A stretch of 64,000 nt of DNA from Escherichia phage OES_C-1, in sequence record PQ553088; one strand, written 5' to 3'. This document shows positions 9,628-19,873 of the stretch, piece after piece; positions within the stretch are counted from its first letter, which is position 1, and each line of letters opens with the position of its first letter. Under the pieces are notes generated by a model. That model was given only the letters and a program-made list of their open reading frames with translations. It did no database searches and had not been told where the DNA came from. A program made the position numbers and the translations under genes.

Positions 9628-10952
9628 TTGATTTCCTCTAAATCTTTGGTGTATTCTGTAACTACATCAGTAGTTTTCCAATATTCGTTTTCTTCTTTTT
9701 TGGCTTTAGCTTCTTCAGCAAGTTTCTTTGCTTCGTCGGAAGTCATATGAAAAATGTTCATTCCAACTAGTTTATCAACATAAGAAGAATACATATCAAT
9801 TTTAGAAAGTTCTTCGGTCAGTTCTTTGCGAGTTTTACCTTGTACAACAATTTCACCTGAAATTACTTTCTTAATGAAATGTGCCTTGGCAAAAGCTAAA
9901 CGAAATGCTGATTCAGTTTCTTTGATTTTGTTATCAATTCGTTTTTGGACATAAGTTTTACGAACTTCAACGAAGTCTTTGATTAAATCAACTACATTAT
10001 CGTAAACTTGCAGCTTTCCTTTCTCATTAATGACGGTAATATTCTGGGAACGACGCTCAATCAACCCGAAGTCTTTCATAATTTTTGCATGGCGTTCTTC
10101 TTCATTATCGCTCAAAGAGTATTCTTTTCGGAATTTAACTTTGAAGCCAAAGCCATGCTCACCACAAGCATCATCCCATGTAATGAAGCCTTTATCTTCA
10201 AGCGGGTCTAAGATTTTACTCACATAAGTTTCACGATCATACTTATATGGAATCTCAGTGATATGCATTTGAGTTCGTGAAGTAAACTTATATGTTCCAC
10301 GAATTTCATATTGCCCATCAATTTCAACGACTTCACCACGAAATTCTGGGAATTCTACCTTCGGTTTAGTTACTTTCTTTCCTTGAAGAGCTTGCAGTAC
10401 AGCTTTCTTGACAGAAGAAACACTATGAGGAAGAATGTAAGTTGCATAACCAGTTGCAATACCGGAAACGCCATTAAGAAGAACAGTAGGAATAATAGGC
10501 AAATAGAAAGCAGGCGGAATGTGTTCTTTATCTTGATGTACTGGAGCATATTCAGTATCTTTATATACGTTATAGAAATTTTTACTTACACGAGCAAAAA
10601 TATAACGACTTGCTGCTGCCTTTTGGACAGTACGAGAACCAAAGTTTCCTTGACCGTCTAACAGAGGAAAGTTATTATTCCAAGTGTTAGCCATCAAAGC
10701 ACCTGCGTCTTGCGCAGAGTTTTCACCATGATGATATCCAAGGTCCGCTACACCGCCTGCGATAGAAGCGAGTTTGTGAAACTTATCTTTATTTCCTCGT
10801 GCCAAATCAAGAGCTCGAGCAATAACAAATCGTTGAACTGGCTTAAATCCGTCAATCATATTTGGAATGGCACGATTTTCAACCGTGTACATAGCATAAG
10901 CCAATGCTTCATTATCAATGATACTTTTTAAATCACGATTATTCAGTTGCAT
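9624..10952 (-). CDS. 52: DNA topoisomerase II medium subunit gp52 (GyrA-like)
   Basis: 442-aa ORF; size and position as T4 gp52. Confidence 0.85.
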   Translation of the reverse strand: MQLNNRDLKSIIDNEALAYAMYTVENRAIPNMIDGFKPVQRFVIARALDLARGNKDKFHKLASIAGGVADLGYHHGENSAQDAGALMANTWNNNFPLLDGQGNFGSRTVQKAAASRYIFARVSKNFYNVYKDTEYAPVHQDKEHIPPAFYLPIIPTVLLNGVSGIATGYATYILPHSVSSVKKAVLQALQGKKVTKPKVEFPEFRGEVVEIDGQYEIRGTYKFTSRTQMHITEIPYKYDRETYVSKILDPLEDKGFITWDDACGEHGFGFKVKFRKEYSLSDNEEERHAKIMKDFGLIERRSQNITVINEKGKLQVYDNVVDLIKDFVEVRKTYVQKRIDNKIKETESAFRLAFAKAHFIKKVISGEIVVQGKTRKELTEELSKIDMYSSYVDKLVGMNIFHMTSDEAKKLAEEAKAKKEENEYWKTTDVVTEYTKDLEEIK

Positions 10953-11089
10953 AAATTTACCATACTAGTGAATGTAGTGCCATAATAACATCAGAAATGA
11001 AAAGCACGACTTGAATTAATCCGAACATTATTCCGTAATATAATGCTATCAATAAAATAGCAAGGGCTAATGAATAGCCCAAGATTTTC

Positions 11090-11248
11090 TTAATCATTAG
11101 TAGATAACAACACAAATGTTAAATATGCACACATACCCTGAGCTAAAGCTTGCGAAAACACACTGCTGGCATCAATACAGATAGTTAAAACACATGCTAC
11201 TATCCAACAAATAAATGAAATAACTCCTAATAATTTTGCGATATTCAT
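11090..11248 (-). CDS. ac: small inner-membrane protein, ac-like (acriflavine sensitivity)
   Basis: Hand-translated 52-aa hydrophobic ORF MNIAKLLGVISFICWIVACVLTICIDASSVF... with GAGGAAAAT RBS, between 52 and stp as in T4. Confidence 0.45.
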   Translation of the reverse strand: MNIAKLLGVISFICWIVACVLTICIDASSVFSQALAQGMCAYLTFVLLSTND

Positions 11249-11255
11249 ATTTTCC

Positions 11256-11336
11256 TCACTGGCGTCCGAAGACGCCTTTAGTTTTAAGATTATTACGATA
11301 GAACTGCATCACGTGTTCGTTGTGGAAATTACTCAT
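11256..11336 (-). CDS. stp: Stp peptide (26 aa; in T4 the activator of the host PrrC anticodon nuclease)
   Basis: Hand-translated [26 protein letters not shown]; its ATG overlaps the ndd stop (TAATG); position between ndd and ac as in T4. Confidence 0.6.
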
Positions 11337-11794
11337 TAATATGCCTGCAAAACAAATTTAAAGTTATCAGCCAACATACGATTCATTTCTTCAAGCGTTT
11401 GATACTCAGAATGATGATTACGAGTAAACGCTAAAGCTAACTGACCTTTTCCAAATCCCGTCGTCAGAGGTTTCATCTTAGAAGCAGGTAGATAAAATAC
11501 CGTGTATGGAACATTGTTATTTGCAATAGTACGCGCAAGCTGAGATCGACGCTGGCGAATATGACTTAGAACTGCACTGAATCCTTGCTTAGAACGCTGA
11601 TTACCTACATAAAATCGTGCAGATACACATGGATTACTAAATGGACGACCATCTAATTTACTTACTAAAAAATAAAATCCAGGTTTAGATAAAATATCTT
11701 TATGCGGAGTTCCCAAAAACCACTCACCACCCTTGATTGTACCAATAACAGTTGCGCCTGCGTTATTCAGATCAGTAACAGTCATGTATTTCAT
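11336..11794 (-). CDS. ndd: nucleoid disruption protein Ndd
   Basis: Track ORF trimmed to the internal ATG at 11794 ([18 protein letters not shown]...), which has a GAGGAAA RBS; 152 aa. Confidence 0.8.
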
Positions 11795-11854
11795 ATTAAT
11801 TTCCTCTAAATTATTTTCTACTCCAAGGCCGCATGAATACACACGGCCGATAAA

Positions 11855-12070
11855 TTAATCGTCGCAGGCGACGCTCAACTCCCAGAACTCTTCTACAGTA
11901 TAAGTTTCAGTATCATTTTCAATACAGAAACGTTCATTACTGTTATTTACTAAAGTAGCGTTAACTGTCATTTTCTCGCTAGTGCTCTTAAGAGGTGAAA
12001 TACGAATTAACTGATCACCGTTATCTAAACAAAAAATTTCACCAACTTTTACATCTTTAAAACTTTTCAT
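11855..12070 (-). CDS. hypothetical protein (ndd.x-like)
   Basis: 71-aa ORF. Confidence 0.5.
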   Translation of the reverse strand: MKSFKDVKVGEIFCLDNGDQLIRISPLKSTSEKMTVNATLVNNSNERFCIENDTETYTVEEFWELSVACDD

Positions 12071-12185
12071 AATTCACCTCAAGGAGTATAAAATCCAAAT
12101 GCAGTTGTTGACCATCCCATCCAATATGGGATATTTGCGCCAATGTAAAATACAAGAATATAAAACCAAATGCTTAGTAAATTCA

Positions 12186-12404
12186 TTATTTTACACCATT
12201 CCAAATTGTTTCAACCACAGATTTCAAACCATTTTGGTGAATATCCATTCCGACAACTGCCATCAAATAAATTCCAACTACAACTGAACCCAAGGCGAAA
12301 ATCAGCATGAAAATGAATAAAGCTGGAAAAATATTATCGAAAAACCATTCAATAAATGTAAAAGCACGGCGTTTACGCTTCATATTTTCCTCACATAAAT
12401 CCAA
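12186..12404 (-). CDS. hypothetical membrane protein
   Basis: 72-aa ORF with a long hydrophobic stretch FIFMLIFALGSVVVGIYLMAVVGM. Confidence 0.45.
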   Translation of the reverse strand: MDLCEENMKRKRRAFTFIEWFFDNIFPALFIFMLIFALGSVVVGIYLMAVVGMDIHQNGLKSVVETIWNGVK

Positions 12405-12504
12405 AGTAAGCGTTTAATACATCAATCATTAAAACGATTGGGAATATACTTAAAACTACTAGTATTATAACTACATTCCATATAGCTTTAACAATCTTTT
12501 TCAT
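12391..12504 (-). CDS. small hydrophobic peptide (37 aa)
   Basis: Internal ATG of track ORF 12391..12600 with strong GGAGGAACAGAAA RBS; the longer N-terminal extension would run through the promoter. Confidence 0.35.
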   Translation of the reverse strand: MKKIVKAIWNVVIILVVLSIFPIVLMIDVLNAYFGFM

Positions 12505-12532
12505 TTTCTGTTCCTCCGTAGCTGATAGTTGT

Positions 12533-12562
12533 ATAGTACCACAGAGGAACAGTCTTGTAAAC
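12533..12562 (-). promoter_or_regulatory. T4-type early promoter
   Basis: Minus strand reads GTTTAC, about 17 nt, GGTACTATA. Confidence 0.45.
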
Positions 12563-12746
12563 AACTTTTTAAAAATATTCGTAATAAATGTGAATACCAA
12601 TCACTACTGCCGAAACTTGCGCAACCCACCACGCACACGCAATAAGTACAGAATTCAAAATTTTCATAATAACCTCATCACAAAAGTAAATGTTAAACAA
12701 ATTACTGGAATACTAATTAACCAAACAAAACACCACCATAATGAAC

Positions 12747-13010
12747 TCATAGTTCAATCTCAATGATTTCAAGATTATTTTCTTTAATAGCTTTCTTTAA
12801 ATCATCGTAAATAAGAACTTCCCAAGAATTGTTTAAATCACCATTCAACAAACGCTCTTGTTGCAATTTATCAGTAAGATATGGTTGGTCTGATTCATAT
12901 TTAGACAATCCCAATGAAATAAATGATGTTGCATCGTCAATTTCAGAATATTGTACATGAACAAATTCACCTGTGATTTTATGTTTAACATAAAAGAATT
13001 TAAATTTCAT
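12747..13010 (-). CDS. hypothetical protein
   Basis: 87-aa ORF preceded by early promoter and GAGGAACAAAA RBS. Confidence 0.5.
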   Translation of the reverse strand: MKFKFFYVKHKITGEFVHVQYSEIDDATSFISLGLSKYESDQPYLTDKLQQERLLNGDLNNSWEVLIYDDLKKAIKENNLEIIEIEL

Positions 13011-13037
13011 TTTTGTTCCTCTGTAGTTGATAGTTGT

Positions 13038-13067
13038 ATAGTACCACGGTCCTTGTAGTATGTAAAC
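13038..13067 (-). promoter_or_regulatory. T4-type early promoter
   Basis: Minus strand reads GTTTAC, about 17 nt, GGTACTATA. Confidence 0.45.
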
Positions 13068-13083
13068 TAGTTTATGAAATTTT

Positions 13084-13641
13084 TTAGATGGAAAGATACC
13101 ATCCGTTGTAGTTGCTTTTTCGCACTACCTTACGAAGGTCTTCTCTATCACCAATGAACTTCGGAGTGTACTGGATGACACCTGGATGAATTTCTTTAGT
13201 GTTGAATATAATTATACAGTCAGCGACTTGATGATTTAGAATGGGCCCTAGATTTATTCCAGAACCGTATGGATACTCTCCGCTGCATCCGGTTGTTACC
13301 GAAATCCAACGTGAGTCAGTTTGATGTGTTTTGACTTCTACACGAAGCCCGCAGTATTTTGGATGCGCCAGTACATCCCACGCATATGTATACGGGTCAT
13401 TAACATCCTCTTGGCCTTTGTTAACATACCCGCTTAGCCAATCTGCTACAAAAAATTCTGCGTACACAGCGATACGACATCTTTCAATAACTTCTGCTTT
13501 ATCCTGATTAGGATTTTGTTTTAAAGAGTATCTTGCTGTATCAGCAATTTTGACCTTCATTTCACTAGTCAAGTCATTGTTCGATAGGGTAAATGTCGGA
13601 ATCTGAAATAGTCTCTGTAAACCTGGATTCGTTTTCTGCAT
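13084..13641 (-). CDS. denB: endonuclease IV DenB
   Basis: 185-aa ORF between the ndd cluster and rIIB; size and position as T4 denB. Confidence 0.75.
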   Translation of the reverse strand: MQKTNPGLQRLFQIPTFTLSNNDLTSEMKVKIADTARYSLKQNPNQDKAEVIERCRIAVYAEFFVADWLSGYVNKGQEDVNDPYTYAWDVLAHPKYCGLRVEVKTHQTDSRWISVTTGCSGEYPYGSGINLGPILNHQVADCIIIFNTKEIHPGVIQYTPKFIGDREDLRKVVRKSNYNGWYLSI

Positions 13642-13708
13642 TTAGACTTTCCTTTTATGTCTGAATCACTGGTATTCATATAATAAATCATAATTTCTCT
13701 TAAAACAA

Positions 13709-13724
13709 AAGGGCCGAAGCCCTT
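13709..13724 (-). terminator. C(UUCG)G tetraloop hairpin
   Basis: aagggc-cgaa-gccctt (UUCG loop on the minus-strand RNA) flanked by A/T runs. Confidence 0.5.
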
Positions 13725-13727
13725 ATT

Positions 13728-13922
13728 TTATTTGAATTGTGCAATTCTTTTCTCTAGACATTCAGCATAAGATTTCATTGAGATAAACTGCGAAAGTAAC
13801 AGTTCTTGCTCAACTGCATTAACTGTTAGAAACTTTGCGCTTTCTAAAAATTTGCTCAGTGCATTAATTTTGAGCATTAATTGATCGTATTCTTCTTTTA
13901 CTCGTGCTTGATAACCTAACAT
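13728..13922 (-). CDS. hypothetical protein
   Basis: 64-aa ORF between rIIB and denB, bracketed by two UUCG hairpins. Confidence 0.45.
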   Translation of the reverse strand: MLGYQARVKEEYDQLMLKINALSKFLESAKFLTVNAVEQELLLSQFISMKSYAECLEKRIAQFK

Positions 13923-13936
13923 AATTTTCCTCAGTT

Positions 13937-13952
13937 AAGGGCCGAAGCCCTT
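13937..13952 (-). terminator. C(UUCG)G tetraloop hairpin after rIIB
   Basis: aagggc-cgaa-gccctt overlapping the rIIB stop. Confidence 0.5.
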
Positions 13953-14889
13953 ATTTAAATTGTTCAGTAACGTCTTCAACTACTTCGTATTGGCAGGTAC
14001 GCATTTTAGCGTCGTTGTAATCAATCGGAATTGATACTACATCACGCGGATGCACTTTAACTTTTACAACTCGACTGGTTGAACTACCAAAGTGACGAAT
14101 ATAAGATTTAGAACACACATGCAGACCACGAGAACAAGTTTGTGTATCATCGTCATTCACACGAGTACGCGGCATTTTAACTACTTTACCAGGACTGTTA
14201 TCAAAGGTGTTTGAGTGACAGTCAAAGTAGTTGTCACGAACTACTTTCCAAGCATAGAAGTAACCATCTTCTGTAATTTCAATATCGTTTGCTACCAAGA
14301 AATCAAAGAGTCGAGATACCGCTTTTTGGCTTGGGTTTTCCAACAGATTTTCCAAGAACGGAAAATAGAATTCAAAGTTTTCGCCTTTTTCCATCGAGTC
14401 AAGAATACGATCAACCAAACCAGATCGCAATTCAATATTTTGATAGAACAAGCTTCCACCTTCAATTCGAACATCGCCGGAAATATATTTTTCAACAGCG
14501 CGACGAACATTAATTTTTTGTGCCGCTTCTTCCAACTTATCCGCTACAAGCAGATTAAGAATTTCCTGGAAGTTTGAATGAGTATTAGGAGTTGCGTTAT
14601 AAGTTACACCATCAACAGTAATTGAAATGAATTTTTTAGATGCATTCCAAATAATGTCAGATTTAGCAATTGGAGCAATAACTACATCACTCTTAACTTC
14701 AACTGCAATGTCACCGCTAATGGTAACTTTGGAACGCTCAACTTCTTCAGCATTTTTCAAAACACGACGGATTGTGTCAACCGATACACCTTGCCAATCA
14801 GCCAATTCCTGTTGGGTATAATTACCACTTGAATACAGTTTAACAATTTCAGCTTGTTCGTTTTTGGTCAGGCATTTAATATTGTACAT
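13951..14889 (-). CDS. rIIB: rIIB (rapid lysis / Rex exclusion protection)
   Basis: 312-aa ORF starting MYNIKCLTKNEQAEIVKLY; size and position as T4 rIIB. Confidence 0.9.
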   Translation of the reverse strand: MYNIKCLTKNEQAEIVKLYSSGNYTQQELADWQGVSVDTIRRVLKNAEEVERSKVTISGDIAVEVKSDVVIAPIAKSDIIWNASKKFISITVDGVTYNATPNTHSNFQEILNLLVADKLEEAAQKINVRRAVEKYISGDVRIEGGSLFYQNIELRSGLVDRILDSMEKGENFEFYFPFLENLLENPSQKAVSRLFDFLVANDIEITEDGYFYAWKVVRDNYFDCHSNTFDNSPGKVVKMPRTRVNDDDTQTCSRGLHVCSKSYIRHFGSSTSRVVKVKVHPRDVVSIPIDYNDAKMRTCQYEVVEDVTEQFK

Positions 14890-14900
14890 AATTTTCCTTA

Positions 14901-17078
14901 TTAGGCCGCAAGGGCCTTCATAGTTTTAGCGATTTGGGAAACTTCATCATCACTTAAAGAGTTGCGATAACCGATGAAGTCGGAAACAATACGGAATTTC
15001 TTGGTAAACTCAGCAACCATTTTATCACTGTTTTTTGAAGCATTATTTGATAATACATCAAAAAGATTAGTTACTGTCCAGATGTCATGACCGATGGTAT
15101 CTTTTCCACCGTTGAAATATACACCCTGTAATGAACTAACCATATTAGCGAGTCGTGTATATTCTTCAGAAACTTCATCTACACTGAAGTACTTCATCAT
15201 AAAATCTAGTTCAGGATACTTGATAATTTTATCAATATATCGTTTAGCTGAACTTGAATAACCTACATACTTATCATAATCTACATCATCAAAAGCATCT
15301 ACATATAAATCACGCAAAGTTTCAAAAATACATTGGCACTGACCAAGTTCTTTTACCTTTTTCTGCAAAAGCGGACGAATAACATAAAATTCATTAATGC
15401 CAATAAGATTAGCCATACGAATCAAAATATTCGTAGATGGATGACAAAGCGATGTAGTACCATCCATAGAGAAAATATCAGAACGATGCATGTATGCTAC
15501 ATAACCAGTAATTTCATCTGCTTCTGACGTAAGTGTAAATAGTTCCTCTTTTTCCCAGCGACCGTCTTTAATTTCAAACTTAAATGCAGTAGCAGTTTTA
15601 GGACGAGGAGCTGTACTTTTTACTGCCTTCGGAATATAACTTTTAACTAAAGCTTCAATTTCTGACAGATAATGAATGTTAACTTCATCACTTTCAAACA
15701 TTGCGATAATATCAGGAAGCAAATCAATCTGCGATTCTACTTCCGGATTAATAAACAGAAGACGCTCATTGTGATGAATATTCAAAGTGTTATTAAATTC
15801 ACTATCATCTAATGCACGTGCTAATCCACGGACAATATTAACACGATTTTTAATATTATCAATGACGATATTAATTTTTGTTGTGTTAATACCAAACAGA
15901 CGATAACTTGATGCAACGGCTGAAGTTTCATGACTTTGCTTAATGCGCTTCAGTCGAGGGTCAAGATTTACTTCATACACAACTCCTGCATTGCATAACT
16001 TACTATCAGGTTCAAACATGCTTTGCATCTTCTTATATGACAGATTTTTAGTCGTAAATTTGACTGAATTACTAATCATATAATCTCGAGCAGAATACCC
16101 CATCTTCATCAATTCACGATATGTATGACGGGGAGATGTGGATTCTTTAAATCGTTTTACATCTTCATTAAATGCTTTCTCACTGAGTTCTTTAACTCGT
16201 TCAATAATATTTTTACGAGTACGATCATCCAGTGAAAGAGCCTCGCGAGATGGAGCAATATCAAGTGAACCCATTGGAAACTTAATATAATTCACTTCAT
16301 TGCGGATGCTTAACCAGTTACGGTCTCTAATAACACCATCAATAGGATAAACAATACCACCATAGATAGCATACAATCCACCACGATCTGGCCAGTATCT
16401 TTCTGGATTTACGCCGTAATAATCATCAAAATCCGGAAAATAATCAATTTCGCGGTCAAGACCATTAATAATAGCCAAATCTTTGAATGGTCGCATGATA
16501 TAGGAAACTTCATAAGCAAAGTTTCTAAAGTCTTTTTCTTCAACCGGAACTACGATTTCAATGCCAGTTTTATCGTTTGGACCCATTTCTTTTACGAATG
16601 TAGGTTTAATCTGCGGACCGTCACCATCCATGTAAGCTACATAACCACGAATTTCACCTTTATGGTACGAAGTAATACTAAATGTATCAGTATAACTAAA
16701 CGGAGATTTAGAACCTAAACCAAATCCGCCAATGAAATCGTTGGATTCAGCCTTAGATGAACTGAAGTATGAATTATATAACCCAGGAGAATTATCATCA
16801 CCCTGAATATCAAAATCGCTCATACCCGGACCAAAATCTCGACAAACAAATCGCGGATCTAATCGTCCTGGAACTTGAATGATAAATTTTTCAGGATTTC
16901 CATTGAGAGCATGGGCGTCAATCATGTTGGTAATTAATTCACGGACTACTGCACGAATCTTGTTTGTATACAAATCAGATGACAGAATTTTAAATACTTT
17001 AGGAGATGCTGTGATGCTAAATGCTTTTGATTTAGAACCATTGCCAAGAATTGTTTCTTTTTCAGTGGTGATAATCAT
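14901..17078 (-). CDS. rIIA: rIIA
   Basis: 725-aa ORF immediately upstream of rIIB; size as T4 rIIA. Confidence 0.9.
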   Translation of the reverse strand: MIITTEKETILGNGSKSKAFSITASPKVFKILSSDLYTNKIRAVVRELITNMIDAHALNGNPEKFIIQVPGRLDPRFVCRDFGPGMSDFDIQGDDNSPGLYNSYFSSSKAESNDFIGGFGLGSKSPFSYTDTFSITSYHKGEIRGYVAYMDGDGPQIKPTFVKEMGPNDKTGIEIVVPVEEKDFRNFAYEVSYIMRPFKDLAIINGLDREIDYFPDFDDYYGVNPERYWPDRGGLYAIYGGIVYPIDGVIRDRNWLSIRNEVNYIKFPMGSLDIAPSREALSLDDRTRKNIIERVKELSEKAFNEDVKRFKESTSPRHTYRELMKMGYSARDYMISNSVKFTTKNLSYKKMQSMFEPDSKLCNAGVVYEVNLDPRLKRIKQSHETSAVASSYRLFGINTTKINIVIDNIKNRVNIVRGLARALDDSEFNNTLNIHHNERLLFINPEVESQIDLLPDIIAMFESDEVNIHYLSEIEALVKSYIPKAVKSTAPRPKTATAFKFEIKDGRWEKEELFTLTSEADEITGYVAYMHRSDIFSMDGTTSLCHPSTNILIRMANLIGINEFYVIRPLLQKKVKELGQCQCIFETLRDLYVDAFDDVDYDKYVGYSSSAKRYIDKIIKYPELDFMMKYFSVDEVSEEYTRLANMVSSLQGVYFNGGKDTIGHDIWTVTNLFDVLSNNASKNSDKMVAEFTKKFRIVSDFIGYRNSLSDDEVSQIAKTMKALAA

Positions 17079-17088
17079 AATTTCCTCA

Positions 17089-17292
17089 TTAATTCATATT
17101 ACGCTTAATAACTTCAGCAACTTCTAGTAATTCATCTTTAGTTGCAGTGTCGGATTGAATTTTATCTCTAATATCTTTAAAGCGGTTTTTAAATTCTTCG
17201 GCTTCTCCCATATCGAAAAAGCGTTGAATGATTCTATATTCTCGATGAACTGCTTTATCAAAAAGTTCTAAATTTACTTTATATGATTTCAT
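17089..17292 (-). CDS. hypothetical protein rIIA.1-like
   Basis: 67-aa ORF between gene 39 and rIIA. Confidence 0.5.
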   Translation of the reverse strand: MKSYKVNLELFDKAVHREYRIIQRFFDMGEAEEFKNRFKDIRDKIQSDTATKDELLEVAEVIKRNMN

Positions 17293-17317
17293 TTCAATAT
17301 CCTCATTTGCCCAATTA

Positions 17318-17348
17318 ATTATACCACATCCTTGTGGTAAAGTAAACT
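17318..17348 (-). promoter_or_regulatory. T4-type early promoter for the rIIA.1-rIIA-rIIB operon
   Basis: Minus strand reads GTTTAC, 18 nt, TATAAT; the -35 overlaps the gene 39 stop. Confidence 0.5.
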
Positions 17349-19164
17349 ACTGGCTCATCCATTCTTTACGAAGGTCAGCATTATCTCCCATGAGCATTTC
17401 AAAAAGCTCTTTCCAGTTCTCAGGAAGTTTAACAACATCATATACTGGATTTTGAATCATCTCACGATATTCAGATTTTTCCAAAGAGCCAAGTCCTTTA
17501 ATATAACGGATGCTATGTTTAGGTAGAGCATCTTTGGCGCTCTCATATTCAGCGACTGTATAAAACCATTCTTGTTTTTTACCGACCTGTGCGATGATTA
17601 CAGGAGTTTTGACAAAGCGAATTCGTCCTTGCTCAAACAGTTCTGGCCAATTACTAAAAAATCCAAGCAGAGAAGGATAAATGCTTCCTAGACCATCATG
17701 GTCAGCATCAGTCATAATAGCAATATTATGATAATTCAAGTTTTCAGCTTTTTCACCGAGAACTAATCCAGTGATTGCGCAAATATCAAACAGTTCTTTG
17801 TTTTTAAGCATGTCAGCATATGACATGCCCCAACTGTTGAGAACTTTACCGCGCAATGGATAACCACCGTGAAGTTCTTTATCACGAACATCAATAAGAT
17901 ATCCGATAGCCGAATCACCCTCAGTCAAGAAAAGAGTAGTGTCAGCATCTTTACCACAAAGATTCGCTTTAATATGTTTATGAACCTTAGCTTTAGAGGC
18001 CTTTTTAGCTGCTTTAGTTTCAGCTGCTTTTTCTGCTGCCAATTTACGAGCCAAGGCAGCTTCAATAATTGGCATTAAAATTGCTTCATTATTTAAAATA
18101 GCACGTGAAATCTTTTTAGCATCAAGCTGAATATGACTACGAATTTCACCAAATGGAGAAGTCAAACGCTCTTTAGTTTGAGAATCAAATCGCATGTTTT
18201 TCATATCACGAACAAACATAACGATAGTCAAACATTCTTTAACACGTGCTTTAGTTACATCAATTTTGAATTTACGTTTGATTTGTGGAATAAGGTCTTC
18301 ACAAATATCATCCATAACACAGTCAATGTGATGGCCACCATTCTTAGTATGAATGTTATTGACGTACGTCAATTGACGAAAACCATCCGGTGAACGACCA
18401 ACCGCAATAGAACAGTTTTCTTGTTCTTGAACGATGGCGTGTTCATCATATTGGCGTGCATATTTCTTAAAATTACCCTGAACCTTTTTACCATTAAAGG
18501 TAAATTGAATATCAGGATAAACTACTGCAAGTGTCTGGAGACGATCTAGCGTAATGTCAAGATAAACTTGAGATAGCTCATTGGTTTCAAATGACATAAA
18601 ATCAGGAATGAAAGTAACACGAGTTCCTTTCCATTTTCCTGGAATAGTTTCCCATGATTTATTTTCCATGCCATTTGAACAACGAACTACAATATTATTT
18701 TGACCATCACCAGTTTCACCGACAAACATCACAGAAAAAATGTTTGTCAAACTAGAACCAACACCATTCATACCGCCAGTGACGCGTTCTTTATCATCAC
18801 CAAAGTTACCACCTGCTTTTGGAATAGTCCATGCAGCAACAGGACCAGGAATTTCTTCACCAGTAGGTGTTTTAACCATCGCCTGTGGAATACCGCGACC
18901 GTTATCTTCAACTGTTACTTGATTGTTTTTAATAGTAACATTAATTTTATTTGCGAATTTAAACTTAGTACGAATACCTTCATCTACTGAGTTATCGATA
19001 ATTTCATCAATAAGCTTAACAAGACCAGGTACATACTGAACACTTTCCCATTTACCAAACAGAAAGCGCTCATGCATTTCATTAGCGGAAGAGCCAATGT
19101 ACATGCCGCTACGCTTTTTGATATGTTCAATATCGCTCAGAATTTTAATTTCATTCTTAATCAT
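17347..19164 (-). CDS. 39: DNA topoisomerase II large subunit, single fused gene (gp39 ATPase plus gp60-equivalent C-terminus)
   Basis: 605 aa from the ATG at 19164 (track begins one codon earlier at GTG); GyrB-like ATPase motifs; one continuous ORF reaching rIIA.1 with no interruption. Confidence 0.9.
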   Translation of the reverse strand: MIKNEIKILSDIEHIKKRSGMYIGSSANEMHERFLFGKWESVQYVPGLVKLIDEIIDNSVDEGIRTKFKFANKINVTIKNNQVTVEDNGRGIPQAMVKTPTGEEIPGPVAAWTIPKAGGNFGDDKERVTGGMNGVGSSLTNIFSVMFVGETGDGQNNIVVRCSNGMENKSWETIPGKWKGTRVTFIPDFMSFETNELSQVYLDITLDRLQTLAVVYPDIQFTFNGKKVQGNFKKYARQYDEHAIVQEQENCSIAVGRSPDGFRQLTYVNNIHTKNGGHHIDCVMDDICEDLIPQIKRKFKIDVTKARVKECLTIVMFVRDMKNMRFDSQTKERLTSPFGEIRSHIQLDAKKISRAILNNEAILMPIIEAALARKLAAEKAAETKAAKKASKAKVHKHIKANLCGKDADTTLFLTEGDSAIGYLIDVRDKELHGGYPLRGKVLNSWGMSYADMLKNKELFDICAITGLVLGEKAENLNYHNIAIMTDADHDGLGSIYPSLLGFFSNWPELFEQGRIRFVKTPVIIAQVGKKQEWFYTVAEYESAKDALPKHSIRYIKGLGSLEKSEYREMIQNPVYDVVKLPENWKELFEMLMGDNADLRKEWMSQ

Positions 19165-19191
19165 CACTTATCCTCGTTTGGTTTCGGGAAT

Positions 19192-19217
19192 ATTATACTC
19201 CAATAATCATAAAGCTA
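19192..19217 (-). promoter_or_regulatory. candidate MotA-dependent middle promoter for gene 39
   Basis: Minus strand reads TAGCTTTA (MotA-box-like), 12 nt, TATAAT. Confidence 0.35.
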
Positions 19218-19233
19218 AAGGCCCGAAGGCCTT
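19218..19233 (-). terminator. C(UUCG)G tetraloop hairpin
   Basis: aaggcc-cgaa-ggcctt immediately after the stop of ORF 19234..19503. Confidence 0.5.
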
Positions 19234-19503
19234 TTATTTAAAACGAATAGTTGAATCCTTAAAGAACAGCCCAGAACATACTGTTCCTTCTACTTTCTGC
19301 CCAGTAGGTCCAATAGCACGAAATCCAGTATGTTGGAAATCATTTTCAGAACAACCGAACCAGTTATATCCAGTGATTTCAATATTAGTAAAACCGCTTG
19401 AAGACAAAACTTTGGTTGCATTATCAGCATCAGTACATCCTACTAAAGACACTGCTAATACTAATGCCGCGATAGAACGATTAATATATTTCATAATTTT
19501 CAC
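19234..19503 (-). CDS. putative lipoprotein (39.1-like)
   Basis: 89-aa ORF with signal peptide and lipobox LVGC near the N-terminus. Confidence 0.5.
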   Translation of the reverse strand: MKIMKYINRSIAALVLAVSLVGCTDADNATKVLSSSGFTNIEITGYNWFGCSENDFQHTGFRAIGPTGQKVEGTVCSGLFFKDSTIRFK

Positions 19504-19871
19504 TTAAATTTAATGGCTTGAAGAAGACTAATAATTCTCAAACGGCTTCTTTCATCTTTAACCGTAAATGAAAGAGGGTCGCCAGATTTCATAGTGATGG
19601 TGCATTCAAAATCAAAATCTTCTGTAACTTCTTCGAATAGGTCAAATTCTTCATCATAAATTAGAACATTACTCTGAAAACTGTGAAGAATTTTTCCATC
19701 ATTTCCAGATGCTGTACTAATCATTGTAACATTATTACCTTTCATATCTTCAACGATAAATTCGCTTGTAGATATTACATTACTAATAGAACCATTCCTA
19801 TAAATAGCAGAAAATAGATATTTCTTTTCTTCACCTTCGCGAATGCGATATTTCTTACCGATTTTAAACAT
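19500..19871 (-). CDS. hypothetical protein (39.2-like)
   Basis: 123-aa ORF. Confidence 0.5.
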   Translation of the reverse strand: MFKIGKKYRIREGEEKKYLFSAIYRNGSISNVISTSEFIVEDMKGNNVTMISTASGNDGKILHSFQSNVLIYDEEFDLFEEVTEDFDFECTITMKSGDPLSFTVKDERSRLRIISLLQAIKFK

Positions 19872-19873
19872 AA

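Noticed and set aside
14897-14913. AGGCC-GCAAG-GGCCT hairpin at the rIIA/rIIB junction as a terminator.
   Set aside because: It overlaps the rIIA stop and the rIIB ribosome-binding region with no T-run; more likely a translational-coupling structure than a terminator.
17347-19167. Looked for a gene-60-style translational bypass or a split of gene 39.
   Set aside because: The ORF is continuous with no internal stop or hop-like gap; the topoisomerase subunit is simply fused here.
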